20,000 bases of DNA from Mitosporidium daphniae (Eukaryota). The position numbers and the translations under genes were made by a program. Below, one piece after another: positions 10,001 to 18,225 of the stretch. Location of the stretch: NCBI RefSeq assembly GCF_000760515.2, contig NW_013546722.1:54137-74136 (forward strand). The letters are read 5' to 3'. Numbering within the stretch: the first letter of the stretch is position 1; every line of letters starts with the position of its first letter. The notes under the pieces were generated by a model. It was not told where the DNA came from. It searched no databases and saw only the letters and a list, made by a program, of their open reading frames with translations.

Positions 10001-13000
10001 GGAAATATGACGACAATAGAGATGAAAGAAACTAGCGTCTCCACAACTGTTGACGACGGGCGGTTGCGCACAGCATTGGGGCAGCTCGTGCGGGCTGTTG
10101 CCCTCGATTCGCCTGAAGCGCTGTTTACGACGTCGACGACGCGATGTTGGCGCGTGTTATGGATACTCCTCTCGGGACGTCATCATCCGCTTGTTGAAGC
10201 GATTGCAATGCTTAATCTGGATCTTGAGAACTGGCCTAGATTGCAAAGTGCTGCGTTAAACGCCTTTACAACTCTTGACCCTGCTTTTACAGCTCACGCT
10301 TTACCACAGCTACTGCTTAAAACGGCCCCTCTGGATCCACTCGTGGGAGAAATTTCAAGCACAATTGCAGGGGAACCTTTCAGTGTACTTCGGCTCATTC
10401 TCTCTGCCTTTCTGATGGGTGTTACACAGTCATTGCGTCTTTCAGCTCCAACTATCGATATTGTTGTCGAAGAAACAAGAATGGCATTGCTGGAGGCTAT
10501 ACCTGAGCTTTCATCAGATGATGCCGCTAAAGCAAATCATTATCTTGCGTGCTTTAGGGGCGCTCGTCGCACCAGAAAGTCTTCAGGCACCATTGCGGAC
10601 CTTGCGGATAAAATTTCTCAAGTTCTCCTCCCAGGGCCGTCATGGATATGTACGCTTATTTCTGCCTCTGGAGCACAGTTCCTGGTTCATGCATTGCGCG
10701 CAGCCATTTGTACCTCCTCTGATAAGTATGAATATCAAAATATTGATTCACTTCTGACCGGCGAAGATCCATTGGATTCTATTGCGGATCGCAAATCTTA
10801 CAACAGTGCTAACGATGTGCCAAAAAGTGAGCTTGGAAATGGCTTTGGATTTCTTCTCGTACAGCTTTTAGTGCATAGATGGCCAGAGCTTGTTACCATG
10901 CATTTAGCGGATGCTCCCTCGTCGGTTAAACTTACCATCGGCAGGATCCTCATCAAATTAGAGCTTTCACGCCGAAGGCTGACTGCAGGTGGAACTGTCT
11001 CTGCCATTTCACAAACGGCTTCAGATTCATACCAACCCCTTTTGCAAATGGCGCTTCATCAGTCACAGACTTCTATGGGTTGGAAACCCGCAGAGGCGCT
11101 CTTTCTACTGCTTTCTTCTCGCGAGACGGATCCTATTGACATGGCAGAGTTTTTGTGTATCGAAGAGGCCTTGCTAATGAAAATGCCTGAACTTCTAGGT
11201 AACGACATCCTTGCGAGCCATTTGATGGCGACAGAGAGTCGGCACGGAGGACCACCTTCGCATCTTCTCACCAACTGGCGCATGTCTGAGGTGGTTCCAG
11301 AGCACATGGAAACCTATATCCCATCCATTCAAACCTCTTTGGCATCTGGATTGCCCGTTGTAGCCTCGTCTTGTGCATTAGAGCGTTCTCTTAGTGATGC
11401 ACACCATGCATGGCGACAGGGGCATGCCAGCTGGGCTATTGCTCTGTTGCAACATGATTTAGGTTCATGTAAACATCTTGAAGTGAAACGAGATCTGCAC
11501 CCGCTTCCAAGCCAAAAGCAAAAGCCGCAAATGGGCTCGACCAGGCTGTTTGATTCTGCGAGCGCTAGCTTAACACACATCGAGGCCATACTGACACTAA
11601 CCAGATGGACTGCAGAGGCAAGGGCTGCAGGTCCCGCTACTATTGATCGGCTTTATCGCCGCGCAGAAGCAGCATACTATGAGGCTGGAGGGCCGCCTCC
11701 GTTTTATAGACCGTTATCAGAAGACATCGCACTTTCTCATGCCAAAAAAGATGCCATGAAAGACGCCATGAAAGACGCAGCACCTTTTACAAAAGATGTG
11801 TTTTATTCTCTTGGAGCACTTGCCGGCGCGCCACTTTATTCTGCCTGGGGGCTATGGGCGGATGATATGGCCCGTAAAACCAAGGACATGTCTCTTATTG
11901 CCACTGCTCTACGTGCCTATGCGGGATCTCTGAGCCTGCAATCTAGAAATATTGATACACCTGTTCGCGAGAATGCAAATCTCGACAGCAATGGACATAA
12001 TCGACATTTTACAAATGCGCTGTTGCTAACCTTACGGGTAGCCCATCTCTGGTTCAGGGAAGGTGATCGAGTCGATGTTTACATCAGGCAGTGGTTTGGC
12101 GACGATGGCATAGTGACTCCAGATATTTGGCTAGTACTCGTACATCAACTTGCCGCACGTCTTGGGGCAAAGTCTGCGTCTAAAAGCTCTGAGAACGATC
12201 TTCTGAATCTTTTCGAGCGCGATGCTGCAGATAATCAAAGTTCGAAGCCAGCATTGGTTCACATATATAAACGCATGGCTATAGCGCATCCATTTTTGGC
12301 GCTTTATCCACTCTTTTACGTGCTTGGTGGGCCAACAAAGGCAGAGACTGGCGGGGCATCTAGTGGAGGTGCAGCCGCACAACTAATGGTGGAATTAGCA
12401 GCAGGACCCATTGCGGCAGAGCTCAGAGCAGCAATCCAACTCGCCGAAGCCTCCGTAGAGCTTGGAGTACGGTTGCCACCCACTGGATCTGGTAGCAATT
12501 TTTCTCTCGATAGCTCTTGGTATGCGGTCCGTATCAGCAGGAGCGGTGGGCTTGCTGCCCCCGTGTTGACAGCCACTTCTAAGACACCTACGACTGATAA
12601 ATGGCCGCTAGTAGTTGGCTGGGCAGAGCGTGGCCGTGTCTTGAACGGCATCAACGCACCAAAAGCCCTCGATTGCTATGGTAGTGACGGGCGCTCTTAT
12701 CCTCAGCTTTTTAAGGCACGTGATGATCTACGACAGGATGCACTCGTACTTCAGGTGATGCAATGTTTGGGCGATGCTAGTGATGCTAGTCGTCGTGGTG
12801 GTGGGATTTCCACACAGCTTTATCCCGTTATTCCGCTGCAAAAGTTTGTAGGTGTCATTGGGATGCTTTCAGATACACTTGTTCTTGGGGATTGGCTTGT
12901 GGATGCCCATCGGCGACTACGCCCGAAAGATATGCGACCAGAGCAAGCTACTCGTTTGATGGCAGATACTTTTCGACGCAATGGTTCCAAAAAAGCAGAG

Positions 13001-13846
13001 CTTCCTCGTTCTGGTGCCAATTTAACCATCTCTGGTAGCACCCATGATTGCGCAGATATGCTGAGATCGACTTTCCAGACTGTTCGAAGCTCATTTGCAC
13101 CGGTTCTACGCCACTTTTTCTGGGAAGCTAATGGATGCAGCTGGCGAGAAGGTGGTGCGCAAGGCTGGCTTCAAGCCCGCATTGCTTATAGTGAATCTGT
13201 TGGTGTTTCCTCGATGCTCGGCTGGATGGTGGGGCTGGGAGATCGCCATCCGCAGAATATTCTGATCTCACGCGAGTTGGGGACTCTTTGTCACATAGAT
13301 CTCAACTTGATCTTTGACGCAGGACAGCAATTGAAGATTCCAGAGCTGGTCCCTTTCCGCTTAACACCAGACATCTGCGATGGGCTTCTGCGTCCCTGGC
13401 GCAATGAAATGACCAGACCTGTGCGAAGCGCTTCTGAATCCAGCACAATTTCTGGAAGCATTCATTCTGCCATCTCCGGCTGCAAATTTTTCCCTTCTAG
13501 TTCACAAGTTTTCCTCCCAGATTCAGACTCTAAATCGACTCGTTTTGACGATGATCTATTTCTGCCGTTGGGAATTTTTGGGAGAGTCGCTTCAAAAACC
13601 TTACTGGCATTAAGGAGCCGATCTGAGCTCATTTGCATGCTCTTCGAAGCATTCCGCCATGACCCTCTTTATGTACAATCTCGCAATTCGCCTGCAGATG
13701 CTGACAAGGACTTGGCGCGACTGCGCGAGAGACTAGCATCGACCTCGCTATTGAGCGCCGAAGCTCAAGTCAACGCTCTTGTTCGAGAGGCAATTGATGA
13801 GCGCTCGCTTGCCGCCATGTATCATGGTTGGCAAGCCTGGATGTGA
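7022..13846 (+). CDS. TEL1: PIKK Ser/Thr kinase, Tel1/ATM-like (2274 aa from first ATG, intronless)
   Basis: N-terminal TAN-like K-x-x-D-R; GINAPK, QLFKARDDLRQDA, GLGDRHPQNILI, PELVPFRLTPDI; FATC LSAEAQVNALVREAIDERSLAAMYHGWQAWM*. RQD rather than RKD favours ATM over ATR. Confidence 0.88.
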   Translation: MYSEVADKYKLVLKDRDRLDMAEEIHSLALEAADEEEWRNGLKGTANSRFLLLLVIEILVWEFSSMPRLRSVHQRQLINRFRSALVLLLPPLPGGRGENSQMIFDREARENHQNQSKNIKDDFAKCSYLKTWADERGESDSMCDASVNLEDAAENLIAAIIGDSMELEGIKMITLVLSHLPKLNLNDSLGSSLVRSIRMVLGGQHDRSQLLIVNAAIQLFILLFEGGSLFWLHQKDGLLVELLEEVVVLLPFTPVLAVRLAAILVRETQWALPVTPRILKAMVQAFEMLMGAIGKSNVAFSAIAHMLTDLIRPLWSNHLTGEPRHQLTAMAFELLASRHETSPALHRLVATLLSLEITEWCVAECASNNGLISKHSQTVSLKFLDLESETGLRILLDAVNGVNDGLRSKWTALDVKLPPPTAELLRRNGVLPFYIALASRWRQLTPALPAIISLLSWAEDRDSWRAIAHHLLSVSNGHFNLESHENVTQLGWQSPPQTIESEQNTHTDTQFVKKTIDVISRNSSPVDIWLVLELAIHFETDIEFIRRLNHLNSLSRFVFPDQELDPACVEDQKISHEHVVLQWLYARSVKTSEASFRPLLISPYDGPLAVVSPSRVTLLRERLGKETDPLISLFTDPSSCAMSHFQGEVSAMESGTRTKTVSLSHQKFDIPMLDASLKDQKVPSDMSLACIRVGLAAKMLLDTDPTHLPAILDVLLSLFEQKDTCKMFMEEIIEHWILETVLFDALHTNNKSLTPAPSASASSNSPTSVPPMSVALALEVRTWIQTQNKRRSSIPHPRSMSGLELRLSRHTGTISENSHFIRDLRLDVYLDTSHQCTEIENTSDVFDGYSRWIMCRALAVAGPHAWISELQSSLRAMVPISRLQIPLFHVGDTNIIDGDSELSSYVSLEGIASPWSDTICLRQLLSVHGDIGFWLRRAEGERQFGAFMAMLLWDSKWRASLLKNTSISNDRDLMRHLLISSLDATIAVLLLLAGNMTTIEMKETSVSTTVDDGRLRTALGQLVRAVALDSPEALFTTSTTRCWRVLWILLSGRHHPLVEAIAMLNLDLENWPRLQSAALNAFTTLDPAFTAHALPQLLLKTAPLDPLVGEISSTIAGEPFSVLRLILSAFLMGVTQSLRLSAPTIDIVVEETRMALLEAIPELSSDDAAKANHYLACFRGARRTRKSSGTIADLADKISQVLLPGPSWICTLISASGAQFLVHALRAAICTSSDKYEYQNIDSLLTGEDPLDSIADRKSYNSANDVPKSELGNGFGFLLVQLLVHRWPELVTMHLADAPSSVKLTIGRILIKLELSRRRLTAGGTVSAISQTASDSYQPLLQMALHQSQTSMGWKPAEALFLLLSSRETDPIDMAEFLCIEEALLMKMPELLGNDILASHLMATESRHGGPPSHLLTNWRMSEVVPEHMETYIPSIQTSLASGLPVVASSCALERSLSDAHHAWRQGHASWAIALLQHDLGSCKHLEVKRDLHPLPSQKQKPQMGSTRLFDSASASLTHIEAILTLTRWTAEARAAGPATIDRLYRRAEAAYYEAGGPPPFYRPLSEDIALSHAKKDAMKDAMKDAAPFTKDVFYSLGALAGAPLYSAWGLWADDMARKTKDMSLIATALRAYAGSLSLQSRNIDTPVRENANLDSNGHNRHFTNALLLTLRVAHLWFREGDRVDVYIRQWFGDDGIVTPDIWLVLVHQLAARLGAKSASKSSENDLLNLFERDAADNQSSKPALVHIYKRMAIAHPFLALYPLFYVLGGPTKAETGGASSGGAAAQLMVELAAGPIAAELRAAIQLAEASVELGVRLPPTGSGSNFSLDSSWYAVRISRSGGLAAPVLTATSKTPTTDKWPLVVGWAERGRVLNGINAPKALDCYGSDGRSYPQLFKARDDLRQDALVLQVMQCLGDASDASRRGGGISTQLYPVIPLQKFVGVIGMLSDTLVLGDWLVDAHRRLRPKDMRPEQATRLMADTFRRNGSKKAELPRSGANLTISGSTHDCADMLRSTFQTVRSSFAPVLRHFFWEANGCSWREGGAQGWLQARIAYSESVGVSSMLGWMVGLGDRHPQNILISRELGTLCHIDLNLIFDAGQQLKIPELVPFRLTPDICDGLLRPWRNEMTRPVRSASESSTISGSIHSAISGCKFFPSSSQVFLPDSDSKSTRFDDDLFLPLGIFGRVASKTLLALRSRSELICMLFEAFRHDPLYVQSRNSPADADKDLARLRERLASTSLLSAEAQVNALVREAIDERSLAAMYHGWQAWM
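11747..11779 (+). repeat. 12-nt in-frame tandem repeat (AAAGAYGCCATG x ~2.7; KDAM) inside Tel1
   Basis: aaagatgccatg aaagacgccatg aaagacgca read directly. Confidence 0.9.
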
Positions 13847-14085
13847 CTGACGCCAGCATATGTAAGGGTCGAGTGCATTGATGAGGCCTTCTCTAAATTG
13901 GGGAATTCCTTAATTAATACGCAAATCCAGAGATTTGTGAAGATTTTTCTTGCAAGCCCGTCGTTATTTCTGTCAACCTTTTATCGAACCAGGTCTGGAT
14001 GTGAACTTCGGAGAAATCGGTGTTTGTGCGACATGCGAAATCACAAACAACATTCCCTAAACTAATCGGTTTTTCATCATAGGTC

Positions 14086-14461
14086 ATGTGTCCAACTTCA
14101 ACACCGCCGTTGTCCGGAGAATCTAATGCAGCCTGCAGTGATAAACGCCCCATACTTACACAAGAGCAACGTCGTCTGCATCACATCAGGTCTGAGCAAA
14201 GACGTCGGTTTCTATTGCGGGAGGAACTTTACAAGCTTTATGGTCTCATCCCAAATAGTAGCGGCAGCTCCATTGATGCCATACTATCTCAAGCTAAACA
14301 TGGTGGGCCGCTTAACCTCTCCGAAGCCACCATTATCAAGAAGGGTTTGTGCTGAGATTTTAAGTTTAGCCATTGGGTATATCCAATACCTCAACGATGA
14401 GCGGTTATTTCTGGAAAGCAAGCTTCGGAATACACAGGGCGAAAGACCCCGTACTGCTTAA
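14086..14461 (+). CDS. Small bHLH(-zip) transcription factor, Ino4/Mlx-like; join(14086..14344,14370..14461), 116 aa
   Basis: Basic region LTQEQRRLHHIRSEQRRR and helix 1 ending LIP. Removing the 25-nt intron GTTTGT...TTTAG (14345-14369) restores helix 2 SEATIIKKAIGYIQYL and merges two track ORFs. Confidence 0.85.
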
Positions 14462-14563
14462 CGGCCCAGCCAATAAAATTAGACTTTCAGTGACTGCGTT
14501 TTGACGTGTATCCCAGAATTATTAACAGGGCTTTTATAAAAATAGGATGCTTAAAAGAGAGGA

Positions 14564-15500
14564 CTATTGATGGGGTCGTACGTTGTCGGCGACAGCCACA
14601 TACAGGTTTTGGATGACGCGGCAGGCGCATTCAATAGAGCGTGCGTCAGCATCAAAGAGGTCGTGCCAGTGTTTTGGAAGCCCACATCCAAAGTCACGGG
14701 CTGCAAGAAGAATCGATGCACACGCGATCACGTTTGGCTGGAACAGGATGTTTGCCGGGGTCCTGAAACTATCATTGATATATCCGAGCGCTTTGGACAT
14801 CAGCGCTGCATCATGAATAATCTCCAACACCTTTGCATAGTTGACGAGGAGTCCGTAGGGAAGATTTACCTCGAGCTTAAACCCAATCTCACGAAGGATG
14901 ACAGCCTCTGCGAAAGTGGCCCTGTCCCGCCACTCATAATAATCCGCACCAATATAAGCGAGTAGCGGCATTTGCGTTGTAGATGTGTCTGCATCATTTA
15001 ATACACCCGAGCGCTGACCATTCTCTTCCTGGCCGATAGGAGGAATTGAAATTGAGGAGACCAGATATGTCGTGTTGACAATATCACGGACACGGCGGAT
15101 ATTTTCTGTTAACTTTGAAGCAAGCAGGAGCACGCCCATAGTGACATCCTACGACCAATAAGTGCCCATCCTACCACCATCGGTAGCTTTTCCTGCGAGA
15201 TGCGACAATAAAACCGTGCAAAAAGTACCTGCGCCACGGCAATCGTAACTTGGGGCCTATTTGATAAGGAAATGAAACAATCTAGCATGGTGGCATGTAG
15301 GCGGTTAGCTTGAAATGTAAAGTATCAAAAACACTAACTTACAACTCGAGAAGCTTTGAGGCAGAAGATATCAAAAAAGTTGCATTCAGGAAGTCGCGAC
15401 AATAAAATGCAGAAAAAGGATCTGTCGCACGAATTTCCCGAATCGAGGGATTCGCTACAAATTGATCATAGGAGGCCAAAATATTGGAGAAGGTCTCCAT
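14564..15500 (-). CDS. Cyclin L-like transcriptional cyclin; exons 15500..15343, 15256..15175, 15148..14564 (274 aa, no RS tail)
   Basis: Splicing an 86-nt intron (15342-15257) and a 26-nt intron (15174-15149) gives KLLELPQVTIAVAQVLFARFY...MGVLLLASKLTENIRRVRDIVN...AEAVILREIGF...YINDSFRT...IACASILLAAR, typical of cyclin L. Confidence 0.85.
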
Positions 15501-15505
15501 TTTCG

Positions 15506-15515
15506 AAAAAATAAA
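15506..15515 (-). terminator. Pol III oligo-dT terminator
   Basis: TTTATTTTTT immediately 3' of the tRNA. Confidence 0.75.
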
Positions 15516-15588
15516 TGGGCCCTGCGAGGCTCGAACTCGCGACCTCAAGATTATGAGACTTGCGCGCTACCGACTGCGCCAAGGACCC
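15516..15588 (-). tRNA. tRNA-Met(CAU), elongator
   Basis: GGGTCCT TGGCGCAGTCGGTAGCGCG CAAGT CTCATAA TCTTG AGGTC GCGAG TTCGAGC CTCGC AGGGCCC A. 73-nt cloverleaf, G1-C72, TTCG T-loop, U31:U39 as in eukaryotic elongator Met. No intron. Confidence 0.97.
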
Positions 15589-15658
15589 GCACTTAACGAT
15601 CAAATCATTACTATACATATAATTAAAATAACCTTCTAGATCAAGTATTCTATGAAGT

Positions 15659-17270
15659 GTGGAATATTTCTGTATTTTCAAAATTTTATTCCATCCCCGC
15701 CAACGGCCCGTTTTTTGTCATATCTATCGCAAATATTTGAGATTTTGCCACAATTTTCGCCAATATTCGACCGAAACAATATTCAATCTTTCTACGCCTC
15801 TCGGCAAGTCCGGGGTTGCTGTTGTTAGGATATCTGGGCCAGACTCGCTTTCTATCCTTTCTCAGCTGAGTGGCTGTGTCGAGTTTGAGGAAAGGAAGAT
15901 GAAGCTTGTAAATATTTATGATCCCACATCTGGTAGTTTAAAACAGTTAATTGATACATCCATGGCGGTGTACTTCAAAAGTATCTTTATTAGCTTATCT
16001 TTAGAGCCAAATAGCTTTACCGGAGAAGACATCGTGGAGCTCCATACACATGGGTCCGTTTCTATTATTTCAAAGCTCCTGTCAGTGCTGTCTGTATATC
16101 CGAATTCTCGCGCTTCACGACCGGGTGAATTCACACAACAAGCGTTCTACAACGGCAAGTTGGACCTGACAGAAGTCGAAGGCCTTGATGATCTTCTCAA
16201 TGCCGAAACGGACGCACAAAGAATTGTCGCGTTGGCACAGCTCAAGGTTTCGATAGTTTTTTGCTTTTTTACAGGGAAATACTTCTTCGCTGGTCGGAAA
16301 GTGGCGTGCATTATTGATTGAAGCGATGGCGCGGCTCGAAGCATTTATCGACTTTGGCGATGACGAACAGATTTTTCAAGTCGATCAAGCTGTGTGTGAA
16401 GAATTGCAAAAATTGGTCACCGAACTTCAATTGCACCTCAAAGACCATAGAAGAGGAGAAATTGCCAGAGACGGGGCTAGGGTTTGCATTTTGGGAAGGC
16501 CTAATGCCGGAAAGAGTTCCCTTTTCAATTTACTGCTGCAAAAGAAAGCCTCTATTGTTTCAAGTATCCCAGGTACAACGAGAGACATAATTCAACGATC
16601 AACCAACATTGGAGGATATGCTGTGCAACTATTTGATACGGCTGGAATTCATCATTCATCACAATGCCCCATTGAAACCGAGGGGATTTCCATTGGCCTG
16701 GAGGAGGCTCAAAGGGCCGATTTTCTCATATTTGTGATTTCTTTGGAAGAAAAATGTCACTCTTCGCTAAAATCATTCCTTGCATGGCTAGCTTTATACT
16801 TACCAAATGCGGCCGAAGAGGAAAGAGATATTATCAAAAAAAAATCGCTCTTTTTGCTTAGCAAACCCGACTTACTAGCCGATGCTGGTTTGAAATCAAA
16901 AATCGAATCAGAATGGAGGAACCATTTCGGCAGCAATGTCTTTCTGTGCACGCTTACTCAGGATGCTGGCAACATCAATACCTTATTAGCCGCTTTGCAA
17001 GCACTGCTGAAAGACAGAATTGGAATGGACATTCATTCCCCGCATGATTGTCCTGTTTTTTTCCGTGAAAGACATAGGCCCCACTTGGTTGAATTGGAAA
17101 GATGCGTTTCAAATACTTTGCAGCTGCTAAAAGATCCTGCAAGCTGTGATTTTGTAATAGCTTGCGAATTATTGAGACAAGGATGCACGCAAATTGGATA
17201 CGTCACCGGTAAAATCTCTTCAGAAGATATTCTTGATGCTCTTTTTAAGAATTTCTGCATTGGAAAGTGA
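15659..17270 (+). CDS. MSS1: Mitochondrial tRNA modification GTPase MSS1/GTPBP3 (MnmE/TrmE); introns 15981..16004 and 16247..16274; start uncertain
   Basis: TIFNLSTP.G.SGVAVVRISGP, PNSFTGEDIVELHTHGS, PGEFT..AF.NGKLDLTEVEGL.DL, EAFIDF, GRPNAGKSS, GTTRD, DTAG, FCIGK*. The 28-nt intron joins the two track ORFs. Confidence 0.93.
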
Positions 17271-18070
17271 AAATGGACATTGGTAGCTTTTGGGGGCTCC
17301 TAATTACACTTTTAACGGTGAAAAAGATGTCAGGTATCACCTTCCAAAATGCGGGTTATCGGTATTTTCGAGCCAAAGCAGGCTTTCCAAATTTGAAGCT
17401 TTTATTTGTTTCAAAATGCACCTTAAATATACGATTCTTACGCAAAAGTAAGTGTTGAGATTTCACTGTAAAATTATATAGTCAAATAACGGTGAAATAA
17501 AGGCGATTTCGTACGACAATTTCCATTTTCGATTGAAATATATTGTAGATTATCCTTGAACCCGGGTAAACGATTGATATCTTTATTTTGAGAATTCGGC
17601 GAAACGATTGTTGTAATTTTAAAATAAATAAAAAGGCTACACTGAACTTTTGCCGAGTATGATGACGAGGCCAAAGGCACACAAAAGTGGGACGAGCTGC
17701 GAATTAAAATTTCGGAGGTTAATTTGCCATTTGAGAAACTATTGCTTTAATCTGCCCATTAGATGCATGTTTTGCACTGCAGAGCAGTCTAAATTATGAC
17801 AATCTTTTTGATAAACAGGCATCCTTCCTATTGACGTCATACCGTAAAAAGAGGCGATATAGCTTGCTCTTCAACAAATAGTGCCGAGGACGCTTGCTGT
17901 CTGCAGAAAATTCCATCCACTTCTGAATTGTCTTTTAGGCTTTTGGTAGTCCTTGGGGAACACGAATCCCACATGACGTCGCGAGATGGCTCCAGATTCT
18001 CCGAAGTTAGCTAAAAAGGGGTCTTAATAAAAAGGGTGCTATTTGGGCGATTTACGGAAAAGTATCATGT

Positions 18071-18107
18071 CTTTCCCTTCTCCCTTCTCCCTTCTTCCTT
18101 CTTTTCC
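18071..18107. repeat. Polypyrimidine/polypurine tract with (CCCTTCT)n
   Basis: ctttcccttctcccttctcccttcttccttcttttcc: 37 nt, pyrimidines only. Confidence 0.85.
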
Positions 18108-18144
18108 AGTTTAAAGTATTCCAAAGCCATAAAGGCAGAAGTAT

Positions 18145-18168
18145 CAATCAATGTTAAAGCATTGATTG
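18145..18168. repeat. 9-bp perfect inverted repeat
   Basis: CAATCAATG-ttaaag-CATTGATTG. Confidence 0.85.
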
Positions 18169-18225
18169 GGTTCTAATAAAGGATTTTGATTTTAGCACTG
18201 AAATAACGGACTTTCCAGGAATTGA

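Noticed and set aside
7145..13041. Many 60-112 aa ORFs antisense to or overlapping Tel1 (and similar ones over other genes)
   Set aside because: Shadow ORFs of real coding sequence with no recognisable motifs.
13673..13697. 25-nt GTACAA...CTGCAG intron-like segment in the Tel1 PRD region
   Set aside because: Splicing would frameshift away the intact FATC domain; the unspliced frame is already complete.
13914..14153. 79-aa minus-strand ORF overlapping the bHLH start
   Set aside because: No recognisable motif and it overlaps a well-supported gene; cannot be supported.
15339..15548. Track ORF extending through the tRNA
   Set aside because: Its TTG start lies inside the tRNA; only the part from ATG 15500 is cyclin L exon 1.
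17630..17680. Minus-strand CTCGGC...CAGTGTAG resembling U2 snRNA
   Set aside because: Lacks GTAGTA branch-pairing continuity, stem I and an Sm site in register.
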